Assembly: GCA_963733375.1 (NCBI GenBank)
Contig: CAVTDB010000016.1
Coordinates: forward strand, 1-64,000
Direction of reading: 5' to 3'
DNA: 64,000 nucleotides
Origin: Nitrospirota bacterium
Lineage (GTDB): Bacteria; Nitrospirota; JACRHJ01
Shown: positions 40,223-49,760 of the stretch, one piece after another
Layout: the number at the start of each line of letters is the position of its first letter
Numbering within the stretch: position 1 is the first letter of the stretch
Made by a program: the position numbers and the translations under genes
The notes under the pieces: generated by a model
What the model saw: the letters and a program-made list of their open reading frames with translations, nothing else
The model's database searches: none
What the model was told of the DNA's origin: nothing

Positions 40223-41815
40223 ATGCCGGAAAATATCCTGATTTCAAAAATTAGAAAGGCCATAGCCTCTCACAAAATGTTTGAGGCGGGCGATACCGTG
40301 GCCTGCGCGGTCTCCGGCGGCCCGGACTCCGTTGCCATGCTTCACGGACTCCTGGAGCTTAAGGATGCCTTAGGCATCTCGCTTGCCGTCGCCCATCTGG
40401 ACCACGGCTTCAGGGATGAATCAGCCGCGGAGGCGGAGTTTGTCAGGCGGATGGCCGAATCTCTCGGCCTGCCTTTTTATACCGAAAAGGCGGGTCTTAA
40501 GGAACTGCTGGCCGGGCTGTCGGTGAACAGGCAGGCGGCGGCCAGGCAGGCGCGTTACGATTTTCTGGAGCGGGCGGCGGACGTGCTTTTTGCTGATAAA
40601 ATCGCCGTGGCCCATACCGCCGACGACCAGGCGGAGACGGTCCTGATGCGGCTTATCCGCGGCTCCGGCATGTCGGGCCTGGCGGGTATTCCGCCCGTGC
40701 GGACGATTCGATCGTCCGGGAGGGCCGGCTGAGCCGGGCGGGGGCCGGGCGGGCGGGCGCGGGGGGTGGTCAGGCCGCTTATATATGTTTCGCGGTCCGA
40801 GGTGGAGCGCTACCTTTCGGAAAGTAATATAGCCAGCGTCACCGACCCGTCCAACCTGAAAAACGTGTACCTGCGTAACCGCATCCGGCTGGAGCTTCTG
40901 CCCGTCCTCGGCACGTATAACCCGCGCGTCCTGGAAGCGCTGGCCCGCTCGGCGGAGCTCCTGCAGGCGGACGAAGAGTTCCTGGAGGGCCGCGCGCGTG
41001 AGATGATGGAATCAATTGTCGCGCGGCGGGAAAAGGACCACTCGACCGGCTTAAGACGTATCGAGCTCAATCTGGACGAATTCGACAAGCTCCCCGAGGC
41101 GATGAGGCGGCGCGTCGTCAGGCTCGCGGTGGAAGACGTCAAAGGGGACGTGCTGGGACTTTCATACGGGCATGTGACAGACGCCGTGCGCGATATTTAC
41201 GAAGGCCCCACCGGCCGGGGGGTAGACCTGCCCGGCGGCGTGAGATTGGAGAGAAGCTATAAAAAACTTTTGATATACTTCCCGGAAGAGGGGATTTCTT
41301 TCAGCGTCCCCCTGCCCTTGCCGGGAGAGGGCACAGGCCACATCACGCGCGGAAGTGCCGGAAGCCGGGCTTACAGTGGAGGCGGAAATAGTGTCCGGGG
41401 CCTCTGCAGTTGTAGGGCGCGACGCCGGGGCACCCGCTCGCGGGTCGAACGCGCCGGATAATTTGCGCTTTTTGACTTGGATAAGATGGACGGGCCGCTT
41501 GTCGTCAGGAGCCGCAGGCCGGGCGACTTTTTCTACCCCGCCGGGATGGAAGGGAGAAAAAAGCTCAAAGAGTTTTTCATCGATTTAAAGCTGCCGAGGG
41601 TGGAGAGGGCGCGCGTGCCGCTTCTGGAATGCGCGGGAGAGATAGCCTGGGTGATGGGCTACAGGCAGGACAGGAGATTTATCATAGGGCCGGAACCAAA
41701 AAGATTAATTAAAATAAGTTTTACTTACAACCGTCATTCCCGCGACGGCGGGAATCGGAATTTAACCCTGTCCCGACTAAGGCGTTCGGGGATGACGGAA
41801 TGTCGGATACAGTAA
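40223..41815 (+). CDS. tilS: tRNA(Ile)-lysidine synthetase (indels near 40730, 41340, 41470)
   Basis: [34 protein letters not shown]...[19 protein letters not shown]. Confidence 0.95.
41731..41798. repeat. GTCATTCCCGCG-type REP-like element overlapping the tilS 3' end
   Basis: CCGTCATTCCCGCGACGGCGGGAATC...GGGGATGACGG nested inverted repeats. Confidence 0.75.
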
Positions 41816-41848
41816 TAATTTATTCAACATTAGTTTTTGGAGGCACAG

Positions 41849-42391
41849 ATGCCAAATTACGGCAAGCCGGTATTTTCAAAGTCGGAAATCCAGAAGAGGG
41901 TCCAGGACCTGGGCGAGAAGATTTCAAAAGACTATAAAGGAGAAGACCTCCTGCTGGTCGGGGTTATGAAAGGCGCGTTCATCTTCATGGCCGATTTAGC
42001 CCGCGCGATCCACATCCCCGTTTCCATAGACTACATCGGTCTTTCAGCATTCCACTCGCGCTCCAAGGGCAGGGGCGCGGTCCGGATATCGTCCGACTTG
42101 AACGAGAACATATCGGGGAAGAACGTCCTCATTGTCGAGGACATCATAAACAGCGGCCTGACCATGGCATATGTCGTCAATAACCTGAAGGCGCGCGAAC
42201 CGAAGAGCATCAGGGTGTGCACCCTGTTCGACAAGACCGACAAGCGCAGAAACGATTTCCGCCCGGATTACGTCGGCTTCCCAATCCCCAATATCTATAT
42301 TATCGGCTATGGAATGGACTACAAGGACCAGTACAGGAACCTGCCATACATCGCGACGCTCGGAGACGACGGGGAGACGCAGGTTAAATAA
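41849..42391 (+). CDS. hpt: Hypoxanthine phosphoribosyltransferase
   Basis: GVMKGAFIFMADL, VLIVEDIINSGLT, IGYGMDY...YRNLPYI; canonical tilS-hpt order. Confidence 0.94.
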   Translation: MPNYGKPVFSKSEIQKRVQDLGEKISKDYKGEDLLLVGVMKGAFIFMADLARAIHIPVSIDYIGLSAFHSRSKGRGAVRISSDLNENISGKNVLIVEDIINSGLTMAYVVNNLKAREPKSIRVCTLFDKTDKRRNDFRPDYVGFPIPNIYIIGYGMDYKDQYRNLPYIATLGDDGETQVK

Positions 42392-42403
42392 ATCAGTCGG
42401 GTA

Positions 42404-42474
42404 TTCTGTCTTCGCTATCGCTCTGGACAGGTAAGTCTTTTCTGTCTTCGCTATCGCTCTGGACAGGTAAGTCT
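42404..42474. repeat. Tandem pair (36-bp period) of palindromic repeat
   Basis: TTCTGTCTTCGCTATCGCTCTGGACAGGTAAGTCT twice between convergent genes; third copy at 28415. Confidence 0.92.
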
Positions 42475-42475
42475 C

Positions 42476-43902
42476 TTAATCCTCGACTTCCTGCTCCATG
42501 CAAACCTCGCTCATTTCGAGCGAAACTTCGGGTAAATAACCCGTGGCCGGCATTACTTCATTTTTCTTGCGACCAGGAATCCCCTTCGTCTGGCAAACCT
42601 CAAGGAATATCTCAACCAGTTCCGGGTCGAACTGGCTCCCCGCACAATATTTCAGCTCCTGAATGGCGTTGTCAATGCCTATGGACGGTCTGTACGGCCT
42701 GTCTTCCGTCATGGTGTCGAAGGAGTCCGCGATGCAGAGCGCCCTCGCCATCAGAGGGATTTCCGTTCCCTTAAGGCCCGCCGGATAACCCCCGCCGTCC
42801 CAGCGCTCGTGGTGGTGGCGCACCGCCGGGAGGATGTCGTCCATATCGTTAATCGGCGCCAGTATCTCGCAGCCACGGTCGGGATGTTTCTTTATAAGCT
42901 CGTGTTCCTCCGGCGTCAGTTTCTCCGTCTTGTCCAGGAGCGCGTCGTAGGTGCCTATCTTGCCTATATCATGCAGTAGCCCGGCAAGGCGTATCCGCTC
43001 TATAGTCGCGGCTCCAGGCCCAGTTTCTCCCCAATCGACGCCGCGTACTCCGCCACCCGCTCGGAATGTCCTTTCGTCCAGGGGCTTTTCGCGTCGATGG
43101 CGGAGGACAGCGCGTGGGTAATGTTCATCGAGAGGCTCTCCAGTTCGCTTATAAGCTTGGTGTTTTTAAGGGCCACCGCAAGCTGGCGGGCCACCCCTTT
43201 TAAAAGGCGCAGGTCGGACGGGGAAGGCAGCACGTCGGGCGGCGTGTAAAAAGTCATAATACCAAGGACCATGCCTTCCGATTTTATAGGTATTATGATA
43301 TGCCCGTGAGGTTTCATCCCCGGATAATGCACCGTGTGCGCCATGTCTTTCATGCAGTTAAGCGATATTAGGGATTTGCCCTCCGCCGCGGCCTTGCCGC
43401 AGAGGCAGTGCCCGAACCGGATGACGGTCTCTTCTTTTGCCAGCGCGTCGTGCAGGTTTACGGACGCGGCCATCCTGAGGGTGCGGCTTCCTTCTTTTTC
43501 CACTACGAAGATCGCCCCTCTCCTCACCACGCTCAGGAAATGAAGGTTCAGCACCTCCCGTAGCGCGTCCCCCAGCATCTTTTCCCGGTCTTTGTTTTTC
43601 GAGATTATCATGGATATCGAATTAATCGCGGAAAGCTCGCGGTTCCTCCGGATTATCTCTTTTTTCTTCCTTTCGTCGTCATCGCGCACCTTGCCTATCG
43701 CCGCCCCGGTGAACGAAAGGACGGCGATAGCCCCAATGAGAAAAAATTTTATGGCAGCCGAACTGTCGTTGGCTAAGACGGATGGGAAGAAGGTATTGAG
43801 CAGGGAATAGAAAACAGAACCGGTAGCGCCGATAGCGGCGCCGCCAAGGGCAAACCTCACGGGGAGGCCCAATCTTAATTCCAGGGTTTTACTTAGTTTC
43901 AT
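42476..43902 (-). CDS. Membrane-anchored GAF plus HD-GYP phosphodiesterase (indel near 43000)
   Basis: Two TMs, GAF with GHCLCG, GHSERVA, LLHDIGK, HHERWDGGGYP, DRPYR, QFDP. Confidence 0.92.
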
Positions 43903-44050
43903 GTATTACTTTTGTTTTTTCTTTGACCAGTTCAATTTACTATAACAAAAAGATGCTGTCAACCTAAAAGCTTGTCTTATTTTGTATTGTTTATGAACCC
44001 GCGATATGTTATATTTTATTGTTAAATCGTGTGAATTTGACGGAGGTTTA

Positions 44051-45953
44051 ATGAACTCGAACTATAAAGAACATTTCCTTAATACTTGTCCTCATCCTCT
44101 CGATGGTCCTGGTATACCACCTTTTCTCCTCTCCACAGAAGCAGGAAAAGGAATTGATATACTCGGATTTCCTCGCCAAGGTGCAGACTTCCGACGTGAC
44201 CGACGTCGTCCTGAAAGAGGACGAACAGGGTATCGAGATCGCCGGGAAACTCAAAACCGGCGAGAATTTCAAGTCTTTCGCCCCCAAGGACCCGCAGCTC
44301 ATCCCGATGCTCCAGTCCAAGGGGGTGCGGATAACGGCGAAGAAGGTGGAAGCGAATCCATGGTACTCGCAGATCCTGTTCTTCTGGGCCCCCATAGTCC
44401 TGATGATATTCTTCTGGATATTCATCATGCGGCAGATGCAGATGGGCGGCAACAAGGCCATGGCCTTCGGCAAGAGCCGGGCCAAGCTCCTGACCGAGAG
44501 CACGAAGAAGGTGACCTTTGCCGACGTCGCCGGGATAGAGGAGCCCAAGGAAGAGCTGCACGAGATAATCGAGTACCTGAAGGACCCGCAGAAGTTCCAG
44601 AGGCTGGGCGGCCGGATCCCTAAAGGCGTGCTTCTGGTCGGACCTCCCGGAACGGGCAAAACCCTTCTCGCGAAGGCCATTGCCGGAGAGGCGGACGTCC
44701 CCTTCTTCTCCATATCCGGCTCGGACTTCGTCGAGATGTTCGTCGGCGTCGGGGCTTCCCGCGTGCGTGACCTCTTCGAGCAGGGCAAGAAGAACGCCCC
44801 ATGCATCATATTCATCGACGAGCTTGACGCGGTCGGACGGCACAGGGGCGCGGGGCTCGGCGGCGGGCATGACGAGCGCGAGCAGACCTTGAACCAGCTC
44901 CTTGTCGAGATGGACGGCTTCGAGTCTAACGAAGGCGTCATACTTATCTCCGCCACGAACAGGCCGGACGTGCTGGACCCGGCGCTCTTAAGGCCGGGCC
45001 GCTTCGACCGCCAGGTGGTGGTGCCCCGCCCGGACATCAAGGGACGCGTGGGCATACTCGAGGTGCATACCCGCAAGGTGCCGCTGGACGCGGACGTGGA
45101 CCTGGAGATTATCGCCCGCGGTACGCCGGGTTTTGCTGGCGCGGACCTTGCGAACCTCGTGAACGAGGCGGCGCTTCTGGCGGCCAGGGAGAATAAAGAC
45201 AAAGTCTACATGGTCGATTTCGAACACGCCAAGGACAAGGTCATGATGGGCATCGAGAGGAAGAGCATGGTGCTCTCCGACCAGGAAAAGAAAAATACGG
45301 CCTACCACGAGGCGGGGCATACGCTTTCCGCGCTGCTGACTCCCCGCACGGACCCGATACACAAAGTTACCATTATCCCGCGCGGGCGCGCCCTGGGCCT
45401 TACCATGCAGCTCCCGATAGACGAGCGATATACCTACGACCGCGAATATCTTCTCTCGCAGCTCGTCGTGCTCCTTGGCGGCCGCGTGGCGGAGGAGCTG
45501 TCCCTCGGGCATATGACCACCGGGGCCGGCAACGATCTCGAACGCGCCACGGAGCTTGCCCGGAAGATGGTCTGCGAATGGGGCATGAGCGAGAAGCTCG
45601 GGCCGCTGACATTCGGCAAGAAGGAAGAGCAGATATTCCTGGGCCGGGAGATCGCCCAGCACCGCGACTACAGCGAGCATACGGCCGTCGAGATAGACGC
45701 GGAGGTAAGGAAACTCGTAATAGAGGCATACGGACGCTCCAAGGGCATCCTGCGTGATAACGTCAAGGGCTTGAACGCCATCGCGGAGGCGCTGCTCGAA
45801 AAAGAGACTCTGGAAGGCAAAGAGGTAATCGAGATCCTTGCTTCAGTCGGGATCAGCCTGCCCGACGCGGACGCAAAAATCAAGGTCGCCGAAAAGGAAG
45901 GCTCGATATTAGCCCCGGACAACGAAGGGGGCATCAGGGAGACGGAAGGTTAA
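44051..45953 (+). CDS. ftsH: ATP-dependent zinc metalloprotease FtsH (indel near 44068)
   Basis: [39 protein letters not shown]; GGAGG RBS. Confidence 0.97.
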
Positions 45954-45954
45954 G

Positions 45955-46935
45955 GTGGAGGCTCGTTCCGGGACGGTTGCCGGAAATAAATCTTATCGCC
46001 TGAAGTTGGGAGGCCGCGTCCTCGAACTTTCCTCCAAGACGCATATCATGGGCGTCATCAACATTACGCCCGATTCCTTCTCCGACGGGGGCCGGTTTGA
46101 CAGCGGGGGCCAGTTTGACAGCGGCCAGTTTGAAATCGGGGGCCGGTTCGACAAAAAACAACCTTTCCAGCCCGATTATTCGAAAGCGATAGAGGCCGCA
46201 CTCCGGATGGCGGAAGAGGGCGCGGACATAATAGACGTCGGCGGGGAATCCACCAGGCCGGGGGCAAACGCCATTTCGCATGAAGAGGAAACGGCGCGGG
46301 TCCTGCCGGTTATCGAAGGCATCAGGAAGCACTCCGACATCCCCGTCTCCATAGACACCTTCAAATCCGCCACAGCCCTTGCGGCGCTCACAGCCGGGGC
46401 CTCCATAATAAACGACATAAGCGGCCTCACCTTCGACCCTGATATGGCCGGGGCCGCGGCAAAAACCGGCGCGGCCATAATAATAATGCACATAAAAGGC
46501 ACGCCCGCGGATATGCAGGCCGACCCGCGCTATAGCGACCTCCTGGGAGAGGTGAAGTCATATCTCCTCTCCGGCATAGACAAGGCGAAGGCCGCGGGCG
46601 TCCCCGAAGACCGGATATTGATCGACCCGGGGATAGGTTTCGGAAAGAACGCCGAACACAACCTGGAGCTTGTCGCAAGGCTTAAGGAACTGGCCGCGCT
46701 CGGCTACCCGGTGGTGCTGGGGGTATCGAGGAAGGCGTTTATTGGCAGGCTTACCGGCGGGGCGCCGGCCTCCGACAGGCTGGAGGGGACCATTGCCGCC
46801 ACGGTGCTGGGCATAGCAAACGGCGCGAATATCATCAGGGTCCACGATGTAAAGGCGGCCCGCCGCGCGGCGGACGTCGCGGACGCGATATTAAAAAAAA
46901 TGAGCAACCCGAAGGAGACGGAGCATTATGCTTGA
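45955..46935 (+). CDS. folP: Dihydropteroate synthase with loop-1 insertion
   Basis: MGVINITPDSFSDGG, IDVGGESTRPG, SIDT, INDISG, DPGIGFGK, SRK, RVHDV. Confidence 0.96.
   Translation: MEARSGTVAGNKSYRLKLGGRVLELSSKTHIMGVINITPDSFSDGGRFDSGGQFDSGQFEIGGRFDKKQPFQPDYSKAIEAALRMAEEGADIIDVGGESTRPGANAISHEEETARVLPVIEGIRKHSDIPVSIDTFKSATALAALTAGASIINDISGLTFDPDMAGAAAKTGAAIIIMHIKGTPADMQADPRYSDLLGEVKSYLLSGIDKAKAAGVPEDRILIDPGIGFGKNAEHNLELVARLKELAALGYPVVLGVSRKAFIGRLTGGAPASDRLEGTIAATVLGIANGANIIRVHDVKAARRAADVADAILKKMSNPKETEHYA
46087..46152 (+). repeat. In-frame degenerate tandem repeat inside folP
   Basis: GGGGGCC(G/A)GTTTGACAGC units encoding GGRFDS-GGQFDS-GQFEI-GGRFD. Confidence 0.85.
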
Positions 46936-47692
46936 GGCGATAAGGGACATCCGCATGTGGGACGTGCTCGATATCCTCATCGTCTCATTTATACTTTACC
47001 GCGTGTTCCTGCTCATCAAGGGGACGCGGGCGGTGCAGATGGTGCTCGGGCTTGGAGTCCTGCTCCTCGCGCTTATATTCTCGCGCTGGGCCGGGCTATT
47101 CACGCTGAACTGGCTGGTCCAGAGCTTCATGTCGCAGGTGGTCCTGGTAATCCTCGTGCTCTTTCAGCCGGAGCTTCGGCGCGCGCTGGCCCACATGGGG
47201 CAGAACACTCTCTTCTCGTCGCTCTCGCCTATCGAGTCTTCCAAGTTCCTGGACGAGATAGTGAAGGCGGCGGTATCCCTGGCCAACAGGCGCATCGGAG
47301 CGCTGGTCGTCCTGGAGCGGGAGACGGACCTGAGAAATATAATAGACATGGGTACGCCGCTTGAGGCGCGGGTGAGCAAGGAGCTTCTTTTAAGCATATT
47401 CCACCCCACCTCCCCTCTGCATGACGGCGCGGTGGTGGTCCAGGAGGGCCGGATAGCCGCGGCGGGCTGCTTTCTGCCGCTCAGCATGAGCCCTACGGTA
47501 GCGAAGGAACTGGGCACGCGCCATCGGGCGGCGATCGGCTTGACCGAGGAGACGGACGCGGTCGTCATAGTCGTCTCCGAGGAGACCGGGACGATATCGA
47601 TGGTGCAGGCGGGAAAGTTAGAGCGCGACCTTGACGCGGTGACGCTGAGGCGCGCCCTTACCGGGATATTCAAAACGCAGAAAAAGAATTAA
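46928..47692 (+). CDS. cdaA: Diadenylate cyclase
   Basis: Three TMs, FQPELRRAL, PLHDGA, LGTRHRAAIG, VSEETG. Confidence 0.95.
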   Translation: MLEAIRDIRMWDVLDILIVSFILYRVFLLIKGTRAVQMVLGLGVLLLALIFSRWAGLFTLNWLVQSFMSQVVLVILVLFQPELRRALAHMGQNTLFSSLSPIESSKFLDEIVKAAVSLANRRIGALVVLERETDLRNIIDMGTPLEARVSKELLLSIFHPTSPLHDGAVVVQEGRIAAAGCFLPLSMSPTVAKELGTRHRAAIGLTEETDAVVIVVSEETGTISMVQAGKLERDLDAVTLRRALTGIFKTQKKN

Positions 47693-47699
47693 GGCGGAA

Positions 47700-48381
47700 A
47701 TGGTCCAGCGGCTGAGACACATGGTCTTCGACAACTTCGAGATAAAGATATTCTCGCTCGTCTTCGCGCTGGTTTTGTGGCTCCATGTCTCCACGCGCGG
47801 CACATCCGAGGTGAATTTCATGGTGCCGCTTGAGCTTCGGGACATACCGGACCAGATGGCGGTAGTCGGGAACGTGCCGGGGCTTGTCGACATACGGGTG
47901 CAGACGCGCGAGACGTTCCTGCAGCGGCTGACCTCCAAGGATTTCTCCGTCTTCATAAGCCTTGCCGGCGCGAAACCGGGCGAGGCGACATATACCCTTA
48001 CCCCGTCCAACGTGCGCGCCCCCGGAAGCGTCAATATAGAAAGCGTCAGCCCCTCCGAGGTGCACCTGCGGCTGGAGACGCTGGCGCGGAAGACCCTTCC
48101 GGTGAGGGCGGAGCTTCACAGGGCGGCCCTTCAAGGGTTACAGCGTCCGGAAGGTCGAGACGAACCCGGCCACGGTCATGGTGGAAGGACCCGAGAACCT
48201 GGTCAGGAGGCTGGAATACGTCCAGACGGCGAAAATCGATATTAACGGCATATCCGGCAACATCGAAAAGATGGCCCCGCTCATCTCTCCGGGCGAGGGA
48301 GCCGTCAAGCTGTACGATGACAGCGTGCAGGTGGTTATAACCGTTTCCGGGAACCAGGAAATTCGGAAAGAGGAACAATGA
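47700..48381 (+). CDS. cdaR: CdaR/YbbR-like regulator (indel near 48120)
   Basis: N-terminal [14 protein letters not shown], YbbR-like beta repeats, position between cdaA and glmM. Confidence 0.85.
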
Positions 48382-49729
48382 GAAAACTCTTCGGCACCGA
48401 CGGGATAAGGGGTACGGCGAACGTACATCCGATGACGACCGAGATGGCCATGAAGCTCGGCCGGGCGGCGGCTTACGTCTTCAGGAACGGCCGCGCCAGA
48501 CACAGGATTGTAATCGGCAAGGATACCCGCCTCTCCGGCTATATGCTGGAGTCCGCGCTTACTTCCGGCATCTGCTCGATGGGGATGGACGTCCTCCTGG
48601 TGGGGCCGCTCCCCACCCCGGGTATAGCCTTCATCACCAGGAGCCTGAGGGCGGACGCGGGCGTGGTAATATCCGCATCCCATAACCCTTACGAGGATAA
48701 CGGGATCAAGTTTTTTTCCCGCGACGGCTTAAAGCTTCCGGACGAGGTCGAGGACAGGCTTGAGGAACTGATAACCTCCGGCGAGATAGACCACATCCGG
48801 CCCACCGCCTCTGAAGTCGGCAAGGCGTTCCGGGTGGACGACGCGGTAGGGCGTTATATAGAGTTCGTAAAGAGCACGTTCCCCAAGGGGATGACCCTGG
48901 AGGGGATGAAGGTGGTGGTGGACTGCGCCAACGGCGCGGCTTACAAGGTTACCCCCTGGGTGCTGAAAGAACTGGGCGCCGAAGTATTCGTATTGCACGA
49001 CAAGCCGGACGGCTCCAACATAAACGCCGGATGCGGTTCGCTGCATTCGGAGGTCATCCAGAACGCGGTCGTGGAGCAGGGTGCGGACGTGGGCATCGCC
49101 CATGACGGCGACGCCGACCGCGTCATCTTCTGCGACGAAAAGGGCAGGGATTTCGACGGCGACAAGGTCATGGCGCTCTGCGCCATAGACATGAAGAAGC
49201 GAAAAACGCTTGCCAAAAATACCGTCGTCGCCACGGTAATGAGCAATTTGGGCCTTGAACTCGCGATGAAAAAGGCGGGGATTACCCTTATCAGGACGGC
49301 CGTCGGAGACCGGTACGTGGTGGAAGAAATGCTTAAAGACAGGGCTACAACCTGGGCGGCGAGCAGTCCGGGCATGTCGTTTTCATGGACTACAACACCA
49401 CCGGCGACGGCATAATAACGGCGCTTCAGGTCCTCTCCATAATGAAGCGCACCGGGAAAAAACTCTCCGCCTTAGGAAAGGTAATGACTACCTACCCGCA
49501 GGTGCTCGTTAATGTAAAAGTGCGGGAAAAGAAGGAAATCATGGACGTCCCCGCCCTGGCGGAAATCGTGCGGGCCGCGCAGGCTTCGCTTGACGGGACG
49601 GGGAGACTCCTGATAAGATACTCCGGTACCGAGCCTAAGCTTCGGATAATGGCCGAGGGGAGCGACAAGCTTCATATAGAAAACCTGGTGCGTGATATAG
49701 CCGACGCGGTTTTCAAAGAGTTGGGCTGA
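48378..49729 (+). CDS. glmM: Phosphoglucosamine mutase (indel near 49340)
   Basis: [36 protein letters not shown] in shifted frame, RYSGTEP. Confidence 0.96.
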
Positions 49730-49760
49730 ACTTTTATTTCCCAAGAGTTTTAAGAGCATT

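Noticed and set aside
40730-40732. In-frame TGA in tilS as selenocysteine
   Set aside because: Not a conserved Cys position and the downstream part is in a different frame
42404-42474. 36-bp palindromic repeat as a CRISPR array
   Set aside because: Copies are directly adjacent with no spacers, only two units, and no cas genes in the window
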